A stretch of 64,000 nucleotides of DNA from an uncultured Acidobacteriota bacterium (GTDB taxonomy: Bacteria; Acidobacteriota; Thermoanaerobaculia; Multivoradales; SZUA-115): contig CAWDVR010000003.1 of NCBI GenBank assembly GCA_963805975.1, forward strand, positions 768,001 to 832,000, given 5' to 3'. A program made the translations under genes and the position numbers. Numbering within the stretch: the stretch's first letter is position 1; each line of letters opens with the position of its first letter. The notes under the pieces are model-generated. The model made no database searches and was not told where the DNA came from. It saw only the letters and a program-made list of their open reading frames with translations. Positions 32,374-43,724 of the stretch are shown here, in pieces.

Positions 32374-33314
32374 ACGCGAATGACTTGATCGAATCCTACG
32401 TCACCGACGTCGCCGTGCAGTTGCCCTGCAAGCAACGCAACGATGTGGCGTTCGAATTGCGCGCACTGCTCAAGGAAGAGTTGCAGGCCAAAGCCGAAGC
32501 CGCCGGGCGCGGCGTCGATGCAGCCATGGCAACCGAGTTTTTACATGCCTTTGGTCGGCCCATGGAGGTGGCCGCGCGCTATCGTCCAACGCTGACCATC
32601 ATCGATCCCGCGGACGGCCCCAGATTTCTGCGTGCGGCTGTCATCGGCCTGGCGGTGATCTGGTGCATGGGGCTGTTGATGAGCCTGCGGCCCATCGATT
32701 CCGGATGGGACCTTCTCAGCGTTCTTGGCCCGTGGTGGGTAGGCACAGTGATTCCTTCCCTGTGGTGGCCAGGTGTGTTGGTCGTGTACTTCGGTATAGC
32801 CTCGTGGGTCCGCCGCCGATGGCCGCAAACCTCAGAGTGGAAGCCGCGTGCGGGGGATCTCTCTCACGGCAGCCGCGCAGGGATGGCGATGGGACTCGTC
32901 GGCATCGTATGCGGGGTCTTCGTGCTCATCGATCCCAGTTGGTTGTTGGATGTCTTTTGGGGCGGTCGAGCGGCGCCTTCGGCGTATGAGGCGCTCACTT
33001 ACACCGATACGTTTCTCCAGCGACAAGCGCCTTGGCTGCTGGTGCTTCTCGTGCTCAATATTCCCCTGTTCATCGCCGTCATTGTAAAAGGTCGCCGGTC
33101 GGCCCTGATGCAACGCCTTGAAACGGGACTGAGCCTGGTCCTCTGTGCGGTGATGGCGTGGACCGTCCTGGATGGTCCGGTATTCATGGCGCCAAGCAGC
33201 GATCGAACGGTCAAGTTTTTTCTGGTGCTCATCACCGTCTTCACGCTCGTGATTCTCGCCATCCAACTGCACCGGAGCGTCAGGCCAGCTCCGAACCAAC
33301 AGATTCGAGCCTAG
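32370..33314 (+). CDS. PadR-associated membrane protein with N-terminal HAAS-like helical domain
   Basis: LIESYVTDV...RNDVAFEL...FGRPMEVAARY followed by several TM helices. ATGA coupling. Confidence 0.75.
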   Translation: MNANDLIESYVTDVAVQLPCKQRNDVAFELRALLKEELQAKAEAAGRGVDAAMATEFLHAFGRPMEVAARYRPTLTIIDPADGPRFLRAAVIGLAVIWCMGLLMSLRPIDSGWDLLSVLGPWWVGTVIPSLWWPGVLVVYFGIASWVRRRWPQTSEWKPRAGDLSHGSRAGMAMGLVGIVCGVFVLIDPSWLLDVFWGGRAAPSAYEALTYTDTFLQRQAPWLLVLLVLNIPLFIAVIVKGRRSALMQRLETGLSLVLCAVMAWTVLDGPVFMAPSSDRTVKFFLVLITVFTLVILAIQLHRSVRPAPNQQIRA

Positions 33315-33318
33315 TCCA

Positions 33319-35109
33319 TCAAGAGAGTCCCCCCGGCCCTGCCGGGGGATAGTTACCGAGCGGCGACGGCTTGGCGATCGCGGTCCGCAGCTCGGCGAGC
33401 GGCAGGGTGTTGAGCACGTCCGCTGGCTCGAGCCAGGCGCGGCGCGCCTGCTCGATGCCGTAGCGGGCGAGCGCCAAGTCCTGGGCGAGGTGGGAGTCGG
33501 TCGAGATGGTGATCTTGACCCCCAGCTTCTTCGCCAGCATGAGGTGCGTGTCCTTCAGGTCCAGGCGCTCCGGGTGGCTGTTGAGCTCCACCGCCACCCG
33601 GTGCTGGGCGCAGGCGTGGAGCACCTCGTCGAGGTCGAACTCGAAGGGCTTGCGCTTGCCGATCAGGCGGCCGGTGGGATGGGCGAGGACTTGCACCCGC
33701 GGGTGCTCCACGGCTTTCAGGATGCGGCGCGTCTGCTCGGCCGCCGGCAGCTCGAAGCGCGAGTGGACCGAGACCAGCACCAGGTCCAGCTTCTCGATCA
33801 TTTTCTCCTCGAGGTCGAGGCTGCCGTCGGCCAGGATGTCGATCTCCATGCTCTTGAGGAGGGTGATCTCCGGGTGGCGCGCCTGCACCTCGTCGATCTC
33901 CACCCACTGGCGGGCGAGCTTCTCGGCGTTCATGCCGCCGGTCATGGCCAGTGACTTGCTGTGGTCGGTGAGCGCGAAGTACTCGTAGCCGCGCGCCGCG
34001 CAGGCCAGGAGCATCTCCTCGACCGAGTTCCGGCCGTCCGACCAGGTGGAGTGCATCTGGAGGTCACCGCGCAGGTCGCGCTCGGTGATCAGCCACGGCA
34101 GGCGGCCGAGAGCGGCGGCCTCGATCTCGCCGCGGTCCTCGCGCAGCTCGGGCGGGATCCACGGCAGGCCGACGGCGTCGTAGATCTCCGCCTCCTCGCG
34201 CCCGCACACCCAGCCGGGGCCGCCGGGAGCGGTCACGAATTCGGTGCCGGCGGCGAAGATGCCGTACTCGTTGAGCTTCACGTCGCGCGCCAGGGCCCGC
34301 TGGCGCAGCTTCACGTTGTGGTCCTTGGAGCCCGTGAAGTAGACCAGCGCCGCGCCGTAGCTGTCGCGCGGCACCACCCGCAGGTCCACCTGGAGGCCCG
34401 AGCCGAGCACGATCGACGAGCGCGTGTCGCCCGCGTTCTCGACCCGCGCCGCCATGGCGCAGGAGGTGAAGGCCGCCATCACCGGGCCCGGGTTCGAGGC
34501 CACGGCCAGGAGGTCGATGTCGCCCACCGTCTCACGGCGCCGGCGCCAGCTCCCCGCCACCTCCAGGCGCTCCACCTCGGGCAGGCCCTTGAGCAGCTCG
34601 ACCAGCGGCAGCACCAGGCGGTCGGCGTAGTCGATCCGGAAGCGGCCGGTGTGCTTCTTGTAGTCGGCGAGGCCCTGGAGGATCTTCTGCTGGCTCTTCT
34701 CGCCGAAGCCCGCGAGCGCCGCCACCCGGCCCTCGGTGGCGGCGGCCTCCAGCTCGCCGACGGAGGTGACCCCCAGCTCTTCCCAAAGCCGCTTGGCCTT
34801 CTTGGGGCCCACGGAAGGCAGGCGCATCAGCTCGAGGAGACCGCGGGGCACGGTGGCGGCCAGGTCTTCGAGGATCGACAGCCGCCCGGTGGCGACCATC
34901 TCGGCGATGTGCGCCGCCATCTCCTTGCCGATGCCCGGCAGCTCGGTCAGCTCGCGGCCCTCGGCAATCCAGCGCGCGCAGGGCGTGGTCAGCACCTCCA
35001 CGGTGCTCGCCGCCTTGCGATAGGCGCGCACCCGGAACGGGTTGGCGGCCGAGATCTCGAGCAGATCGGCCACCTCGTCGAGCCGGTGCTGGATCTCGGC
35101 GTTGTCCAT
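33319..35109 (-). CDS. polX: DNA polymerase X with PHP domain
   Basis: NPFRVRAY, AGSWRR, GDID, YFTGSKDHN, IPPELRE and PHP motifs MHSTWSDG, TDHS, AHPTGR and TDSH. Confidence 0.95.
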   Translation of the reverse strand: MDNAEIQHRLDEVADLLEISAANPFRVRAYRKAASTVEVLTTPCARWIAEGRELTELPGIGKEMAAHIAEMVATGRLSILEDLAATVPRGLLELMRLPSVGPKKAKRLWEELGVTSVGELEAAATEGRVAALAGFGEKSQQKILQGLADYKKHTGRFRIDYADRLVLPLVELLKGLPEVERLEVAGSWRRRRETVGDIDLLAVASNPGPVMAAFTSCAMAARVENAGDTRSSIVLGSGLQVDLRVVPRDSYGAALVYFTGSKDHNVKLRQRALARDVKLNEYGIFAAGTEFVTAPGGPGWVCGREEAEIYDAVGLPWIPPELREDRGEIEAAALGRLPWLITERDLRGDLQMHSTWSDGRNSVEEMLLACAARGYEYFALTDHSKSLAMTGGMNAEKLARQWVEIDEVQARHPEITLLKSMEIDILADGSLDLEEKMIEKLDLVLVSVHSRFELPAAEQTRRILKAVEHPRVQVLAHPTGRLIGKRKPFEFDLDEVLHACAQHRVAVELNSHPERLDLKDTHLMLAKKLGVKITISTDSHLAQDLALARYGIEQARRAWLEPADVLNTLPLAELRTAIAKPSPLGNYPPAGPGGLS

Positions 35110-35261
35110 GGGAGAAAGGCTATCTCAGAAGAGCGGGGAGCTTTTCTGGCCAGGAGAGTCCGAGCAGGGCGCTTCACCCCGCCACGAGCCCTCCGGTGAG
35201 GGCCGCCTGCGCTGGAGAGGAGTAGAGTCCGGGACTGGGAGAGAACACCGAGGAGGTTGCC

Positions 35262-37821
<2,560 letters not shown>

Positions 37822-37895
37822 CTAGCATGGCGCCAAGGCCGGGCCCTGGGGCCTTCTCTCTCGCGAGAAGGCCCCGCCGCTCTCGCCTCCTTACC

Positions 37896-38786
37896 TCACG
37901 GGCAAGGGTTGCCGGACGGCCAGCACTGGCCGTCGCACACACCGCCGATGACCACTCCGCAGCACTTCTTCCCGCTGGGGCAGGCCGATGCCGGCGGAGG
38001 GGTGTAGATCGGTCGCGGGTTGCCGCAGGTCCAGCCCGGAGGGTTCCTGATCCGGTTGGCCATGCGGCTGTTCGACTCGCTCTTGGCGGCGTTGGTGATG
38101 GCGACCGGCACCCACCATTCGGCGAACTCGGACAGGTCACAGAGGTACTCGATCTGGATCTGGTTCATCGAATGCTTGTGGCCGGCGAGCGAGCCGTACG
38201 AGTACTGCCCCAGCAGGTGGTTGAGCCAGTCGTCCGTGCAGTCCTCCGAGCAGTTGCTCCCCGGGTTGTTCGCGCCGTGGCTGAACCGCCAGTACGTGAT
38301 GTGCGTCGCTTCGTGCACCATGGTCCCGGCTCGCAGGCCGGCGATCCGGTTGTTGAAGCTCAGGCACTGCATCTCCACGCGGTTGGTCTGATACCAGCCG
38401 GCGAAGGCGCTGGCGAAGACGTCGTTGGCGTCCTCCGGCTCGAACCGGAAGTCGTGCTGCGAGCCCCCGGCCCAGCGGTAGTAGTCCACGTCGCTGTGCC
38501 AAGGGCCGAGCGTGCTGTCGCGCAGCCCGTAGGTCAGCAGGATGCCCGAGTCCATCATCTTGGTGAAGGCGTTCGTGGTGTCGCAGGTGTCCCAGCCCCA
38601 GCTCCCGCCCCAATGGCCGGACTGGAGGTTGAAGTAGGAGCGGAACCAGGTGCGGAAGTCTTGCCAGCAGCCGTGTACGTCGAAGAGAGCCTGCTCGGCA
38701 GTCTCCGTGGAGTTGGTGCATACCGCTATCGCGCTCGTGGGCGCGAAGGTAAAGGCGAGTACGAGAAGGGTGGCGATTGTGCGCAT
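37896..38786 (-). CDS. Secreted Cys/Trp-rich putative zinc metallopeptidase (HExxH) with a small Cys-rich C-terminal module
   Basis: Signal peptide, RAGTMVHEATH, PPP linker, then CPSGKKCCGVVIGGVCDGQCWPSGNPCP. Confidence 0.6.
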   Translation of the reverse strand: MRTIATLLVLAFTFAPTSAIAVCTNSTETAEQALFDVHGCWQDFRTWFRSYFNLQSGHWGGSWGWDTCDTTNAFTKMMDSGILLTYGLRDSTLGPWHSDVDYYRWAGGSQHDFRFEPEDANDVFASAFAGWYQTNRVEMQCLSFNNRIAGLRAGTMVHEATHITYWRFSHGANNPGSNCSEDCTDDWLNHLLGQYSYGSLAGHKHSMNQIQIEYLCDLSEFAEWWVPVAITNAAKSESNSRMANRIRNPPGWTCGNPRPIYTPPPASACPSGKKCCGVVIGGVCDGQCWPSGNPCP

Positions 38787-38852
38787 GGTCTTCCTATGTG
38801 GAGCTGGATGGTTGGTTTTCTCGGGTGGTGAAGCCGGCTGCTCCGCGGCTCC

Positions 38853-39689
38853 TCAGGGCTTGGCAGAGGCCCACTTCGCCTGCCAGGCACCGAGGCGCTC
38901 CGCGAATGCCTTGGCGTCCATGCCGGGGTGGAAGCGGGGCCGCTCGACGTACGGGTGCAGCTCCGAGGGCAGCAGCGCGTAGAGCTCCTTGGCGGCCTCG
39001 GCGCTGTCGCCGTGGTTCCACATGTAGGCGTCGATCGCCGTCGCGCGGACGTGGGTCGAGGGGTGCTTGAGCATCACTTCTTTCGCCGCCGCATCCGCAT
39101 CTGCCGTGGCCACGAAGGCGATGCCTTCCACGGCCTTCACCTGGACCATCTCTTCGATCTCGCGTGGGCTCAGCCGCTCGCCGCTCCCTTCCTTGGCCGG
39201 CAATGGCGTCCAGACGACCTCTTTCAAGAAAGGGATGGCGTCGGGCCGCCGTAGCTCGCCGACCATCCCGAGGGTGAGGAGGCGCTCCTGCAACGCCTCG
39301 GGGCGCAGCTGCTTGTAGCTCTCGGCGAAGGCGGCCACGATCCGCGGCTGCTGGCTGAGCGCCGCGAGCGTCTCGGTGAGCGCCGGGAGGTCCTCCGAGT
39401 TCGCCCGGAAGAGCTGGGGCAGAAGGCTCTGGAGCGCCCGGCCCAGGTCGGCGGCGGAGGCATCCTTGGAAAGGCCGGCCAGGGTCGAGCGGACGCTCGC
39501 GGCCTCGATGGCGGGAGCTGGCGCCTGGTTCGCTCCCGGGCGCTCCGGAGGAGCCTGCTCGGCTGGCGCCGTCCCGGAGCCCGCGGGTCGTGGCTCGGCC
39601 GCGCTCGCGGCGACCGCCCACGCGCCCAATAGGAGTGAGGCCGTTAAAAATCCCAATGGCGAAAGGTTCTTTTCTCTGGTCATCGTCAT
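38853..39689 (-). CDS. Secreted helical (HEAT-repeat-like) hypothetical protein
   Basis: Signal-like N-terminus, Pro/Ala linker and helical repeats (AIPFLKEVV; HPSTHVRATAIDA). Co-oriented upstream of the HExxH gene. Confidence 0.55.
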   Translation of the reverse strand: MTMTREKNLSPLGFLTASLLLGAWAVAASAAEPRPAGSGTAPAEQAPPERPGANQAPAPAIEAASVRSTLAGLSKDASAADLGRALQSLLPQLFRANSEDLPALTETLAALSQQPRIVAAFAESYKQLRPEALQERLLTLGMVGELRRPDAIPFLKEVVWTPLPAKEGSGERLSPREIEEMVQVKAVEGIAFVATADADAAAKEVMLKHPSTHVRATAIDAYMWNHGDSAEAAKELYALLPSELHPYVERPRFHPGMDAKAFAERLGAWQAKWASAKP

Positions 39690-39859
39690 GTTTGCATCAA
39701 TTAGGAATGTAAATAGACATCGCATGCCACGGGCATGCCTCATCTCGGCTTCGGAGGCGGGCCATCCGCGGCCCGTCCTGCCCCGCCGAGCCTTGCTCGT
39801 CGTTGGCCTACTTTTCTAACACGGCGCTCGAAAGCTGCGCAACCCCGCCGTGGGGGCGC

Positions 39860-41446
39860 TTACGCGCAGGTTTGCACGCAGCTCTGCCAGGTGCCCCCGA
39901 AGTCCGCCGGGTCGAGGCAGCGGAGGCTGCCCGGCACCGCTTCACCGCTGCAGCAATCGGTGCTCCGGAGCGTGTCGTCCACGCCGCCGGGAGGGATGCA
40001 GGAGACTGGCCGCGTGCCGCAGATGTGGCGGCAGCTCTCCCAGCTGGTGCCGAAGTCGGCGGCCACCTCGCAGACCGTGCTGCCGAACACCGCGACTCCG
40101 CTGCAGCAGTGGGTGCTCCGGAGCGTGTCGTCCACGCTGCCGTCCGGAACGCAGCGCTGCCCGTCGAGCGGCCCCGGGCCCGGTCCGGGTTGCCGGTGGC
40201 CCACCGAGGCCACCGTCCCCCAGCCCAGGACCGTGAGCAGCAGGGCAGCCGCCGAGCCCAGCGCGAGCGGCCGCCGCCGGGCGCGATGGAAGACGCCGGC
40301 GCGCCGCGGGCCCACGGGCCGCCCGGCGAGATGGCGGCGGACCTCGGCCGCGAGCTCGCCGGCCGTGGCAGGGCGGCGTGCGGGGTCCCTGGCGAGCGCT
40401 CTCGTCACCATGCCGTCCAGGTCGCCGGCGAGGTAGCGCGAGAGCGCGGCCGGGGAGAGGCCGCGAAGCCCGGCGAGCGCCGTTCGCTCGGCCTCGGTTC
40501 CCGCCCGGCGGGCGGCGGCGCTCGGTCGCGGCGGCGGCGCCTCGCGGAGCACCCGGGCGACCTCCTCGAGCGAACCGGACGGCGCGCTGTGAGGAAGCCG
40601 CCCGGTGAGCAGGCGGTAGAGCAGCACGCCCAGGGAGAAGACGTCGCTCGCCGGGGTGATCGCCCGGCCCTCGACCTGCTCCGGGCTCGCGTACTGCGGC
40701 GTCAGCACCCGCACCCAGGTGCCGGTGGTCTCGGCCTGGGTGAGCGCCTCGGGGTCGAGCAGCTTGGCGATTCCGAAGTCGAGCAGCTTGGGCACGCCGG
40801 CGGGGGTCACAAGGATGTTGGCGGGTTTGAGGTCGCGGTGCACGATGCCGCGCCGGTGGGCGTGCTCGACGGCGTCGCAGACCGTGGCGAAGAGCCGTAG
40901 CCGCGCCGCGAGGGAGAGCCGCCGGTCGTCGCAGTGGCGGTCGAGCGGCACTCCTTCCACGGGCTCCATGACGAAGTACGGAGTGCCCCTCGCCGTGCCC
41001 ACGTCGTACAGCCGGGCCACGTTCGGGTGCTCGAGGCTGGCCAGGATCCGCCATTCGGTTCGGAACCGCCGTTCGAGCACCCAGGCGCAAGGGGCCTGGC
41101 GGAGCATCTTGAGGGCCACCTCCGGCGCGCAGGGGAGGTCGGAGCGGCGAGCCAGGAACACGTACCCGCTGCCGCCGCGGCCGAGCTCCCGCAGGATCTC
41201 GTAGGGCCCCACCCGCTCGCCGGGGCGCGGTTCGGGGGCGGACCGGACGTGAAGCTCGCCCAGGAAAGCGCCGCAGCCGGCGTCCGCGGCGAGCAGCTCT
41301 TCGACCTCGCGCCGCAGGCCACCGCTTTCGCCACCGGCACGGTTCTCGCCGCAGGCACGGTCGAGGGCCGCGGCCCGCTCCTCGTCCGGCAGGCCCAGGA
41401 TCTCCTCGAAGATCAGCGCGGCCTGGCGGGCCTGTTCAGGCGTCAC
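39860..41446 (-). CDS. Hanks-type membrane Ser/Thr kinase with two extracellular 6-Cys repeats
   Basis: GRGGSG, VALK, HRDLKPAN, DFG, YASPEQ and DVFSLG, then TM LALGSAAALLLTVLGW. GTG start overlaps the ECF stop. Confidence 0.92.
   Translation of the reverse strand: MTPEQARQAALIFEEILGLPDEERAAALDRACGENRAGGESGGLRREVEELLAADAGCGAFLGELHVRSAPEPRPGERVGPYEILRELGRGGSGYVFLARRSDLPCAPEVALKMLRQAPCAWVLERRFRTEWRILASLEHPNVARLYDVGTARGTPYFVMEPVEGVPLDRHCDDRRLSLAARLRLFATVCDAVEHAHRRGIVHRDLKPANILVTPAGVPKLLDFGIAKLLDPEALTQAETTGTWVRVLTPQYASPEQVEGRAITPASDVFSLGVLLYRLLTGRLPHSAPSGSLEEVARVLREAPPPRPSAAARRAGTEAERTALAGLRGLSPAALSRYLAGDLDGMVTRALARDPARRPATAGELAAEVRRHLAGRPVGPRRAGVFHRARRRPLALGSAAALLLTVLGWGTVASVGHRQPGPGPGPLDGQRCVPDGSVDDTLRSTHCCSGVAVFGSTVCEVAADFGTSWESCRHICGTRPVSCIPPGGVDDTLRSTDCCSGEAVPGSLRCLDPADFGGTWQSCVQTCA
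39863..40153 (-). repeat. Tandem 6-Cys module (two copies) in the kinase
   Basis: CVPDGSVDDTLRSTHCCSG...CRHIC and CIPPGGVDDTLRSTDCCSG...CVQTC. Confidence 0.9.
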
Positions 41447-42008
41447 GCCGGGGCTCCGCCGCGAGGAATCGGAACAGCCAGGCACGGGCGGCCCGCCAGC
41501 GGCGGGTGACCGTGGGCACCGAGACGCCGAGCGCCTCGCCGATCTCCTCGGCCGAGAAGCCGGCGAAGACGCGGAGCTCCACCACCCGCGCCTGGTCGGG
41601 TGCCACGCTGGCCAGGCGTTCGAGCGCTTGGTCCAGCTCGAGGAGGCCGGCCCGTGGCGGGCTCGAAGGCAGCCGTGCCTCTTCGAGCGGGACGGCCGCT
41701 CGGGCGGCGCCCCGCTTCTGGTAGCCGCGGGTCCGGGCGTGGTCGACCAGCACCCGCCGCATGGTGGTGGCGGCGATGGCGAAGAACTGGCCGCGGCTGT
41801 GGCACTCCACGCTGTGCTGCCGCGCCAGACGCAGGTAGACCTCGTGGACCAGCGCCGCGGTCTCGAGCGTGTGATCACCGCGCTCGCGCCGCAGGTGGCC
41901 GTGCGCCAGGCGCCGCAGCTCGGCGTAGAGCAGGGGCACGACCCGGGGGAGGGCGCCGGGCTCGCCGTCGCTCCAGAGATCCAACAGCAGAGAGGCTTCG
42001 GAGCCCAT
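41436..42008 (-). CDS. ECF sigma factor of the STK-associated type (ECF43/TIGR02999-like)
   Basis: LYAELRRLA, HTLETAALVHEVYLRL, MRRVLVDHAR, QKRG and VVELRVFAG. Overlaps the kinase gene. Confidence 0.92.
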   Translation of the reverse strand: MGSEASLLLDLWSDGEPGALPRVVPLLYAELRRLAHGHLRRERGDHTLETAALVHEVYLRLARQHSVECHSRGQFFAIAATTMRRVLVDHARTRGYQKRGAARAAVPLEEARLPSSPPRAGLLELDQALERLASVAPDQARVVELRVFAGFSAEEIGEALGVSVPTVTRRWRAARAWLFRFLAAEPRRDA

Positions 42009-42124
42009 GGGCTTCTTCAAGGCAGAGTGTCGCCCGCCCTGGAAAGGGTGGCAGAGGCTGCCGGGCACCCGGTTGATCAGATCCGCCGCCGGTTGTCGCC
42101 ACGAGCGGAAGACGACCAAGGAGG

Positions 42125-43699
42125 ATGACGATGAGAAGACTCGTGCTCGGTGGCCTCGGAACGGTGCTCACCCTGGTGCTGGGGGCCGGCTCGGCCTCGG
42201 CCGGGTATCTGATCGCTCCCCTGGAGCAGGGGGAAGAGGCCAAGGCCCTCACCCCGGAGCTCGCCGCGAGCTCCGCCTACCGCGCCCTGGCGGAGGACCC
42301 CGCGAGCGCTTCGATCCGCGTCGTGCAGGCGGACCCGGAGGCGGTGGGCCTCGACACCGCCGCGCTGGCGCTTGCCCTCGGCGACGGTCTCGATCTCCGG
42401 GTCCAGCGGATCGGCTCGTACGTCAACGAGCGCGGCATCCTCGTGTGGCACGGCGTCGTCCTGCAACCGGGCGGGAGAGCCATGGACTTCGACCCCGCCG
42501 ACACGCTGATGCTGGTCGAGAATGGCGGCAAGCTCACCGGCAACCTGCGCTACCAGGGCCAGTGGTATCAGATCCTGCCGGTAGCCGAAGGCAGGCACGT
42601 GCTGGTACGCGTCGACCGCAGCCGCCTGCCGCTCGACCACTCCCCGGGGGAGCCCGAGCCGCGCGTCATCCCGATGCCCGCGCTGAGCGCCGGCACACCG
42701 GACAAGGCGCCGGGGGACACGGTCATCACGGTGCTGGTCAACTACACGCCGGCCGCCGCCGCGACCACGGGGGACATGGACGGCCTGATCGCGCTGGCGA
42801 TCGCCGAGTCCAACCAGGGCTACGCCAACAGCGGGGTGGCGATCGAGATGCAGCTCGCCCACAGCTCCCAGACCACCTACACCCAGAGCGGCTACGCGAG
42901 CACCGACCGCAGCCGCTACCAGAGCACCTCGGACAACCACATGAAGTACATCCACACCGAGCGCACCCAGCACGGGGCGGACGTGGGCATCCTGCTGGTC
43001 TCGGTGATCCTGGCCGACGACGGCGCGTCGCTCTGCGGCCAGGCCTCGAACATCGGCTCGACCGCCTCGACCGCGTTCGCCGTGGTGAAGACCACCAATT
43101 GCGCCACCTTGAACTACACCTTCGCGCACGAGATCGGGCACCTCCAGTCCGCCCGCCATAACCTCGAGTCCGACGGCTCCCTTTCCCCCTACGCCTACGG
43201 CCACGGGTACAGGTACGGGACGAGCTGGCGGACCATCATGGGCGTCGCCTCCACCTGCGGCGACTGCCCACGGCTCAACTACTGGTCGAACCCGAACAAG
43301 CTCTACAACGGCGTGCCGATGGGCACCGCCACCCGCGCCGACAACGCGCGCGTCCTCAACACCACGCGGGGCACGGTTGCCGCCTTCAATACGGCGCCGA
43401 GCTGCATTCCGGACGGCGGCTTCGACGACACCCTCGGTCAGACCAGCTGCTGCAGCGGCTTCGCCGTCAGCGGCTCGACCTATTGCACCAACCCCGCGGA
43501 CTGGAACAACGGCTGGGCGAGCTGCACCCACATCTGCGGCACGCCGCTCGCCAGTGGCTGCGTTCCATCCGGCGGCGTCGACGACACCCTGGGCCGCACG
43601 CACTGCTGCAGCGGCACTGCGGTGCCCGGCAGCACCTTCTGCAACGACCCCGCGGACTATGGCGACGACTGGACGACCTGCGCACAGATCTGTCAGTAA
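42125..43699 (+). CDS. Secreted reprolysin-like (M12B-type) metzincin with prodomain and two C-terminal 6-Cys repeats
   Basis: AAGGAGG RBS, signal peptide, HEIGHLQSARH (HExxHxxxxxH) and Met-turn TIM. Confidence 0.9.
   Translation: MTMRRLVLGGLGTVLTLVLGAGSASAGYLIAPLEQGEEAKALTPELAASSAYRALAEDPASASIRVVQADPEAVGLDTAALALALGDGLDLRVQRIGSYVNERGILVWHGVVLQPGGRAMDFDPADTLMLVENGGKLTGNLRYQGQWYQILPVAEGRHVLVRVDRSRLPLDHSPGEPEPRVIPMPALSAGTPDKAPGDTVITVLVNYTPAAAATTGDMDGLIALAIAESNQGYANSGVAIEMQLAHSSQTTYTQSGYASTDRSRYQSTSDNHMKYIHTERTQHGADVGILLVSVILADDGASLCGQASNIGSTASTAFAVVKTTNCATLNYTFAHEIGHLQSARHNLESDGSLSPYAYGHGYRYGTSWRTIMGVASTCGDCPRLNYWSNPNKLYNGVPMGTATRADNARVLNTTRGTVAAFNTAPSCIPDGGFDDTLGQTSCCSGFAVSGSTYCTNPADWNNGWASCTHICGTPLASGCVPSGGVDDTLGRTHCCSGTAVPGSTFCNDPADYGDDWTTCAQICQ
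43403..43696 (+). repeat. Tandem 6-Cys module (two copies) in the protease
   Basis: CIPDGGFDDTLGQTSCCSG...CTHIC and CVPSGGVDDTLGRTHCCSG...CAQIC. Confidence 0.9.
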
Positions 43700-43724
43700 A
43701 CCAACAGTTTTCCAAGGAGGTTCT

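Noticed and set aside
39863-43696. Repeats considered as a CRISPR array or as terminal inverted repeats of a mobile element
   Set aside because: They are in-frame protein modules diverged at synonymous positions, with no spacers, cas genes, transposase or target duplication.
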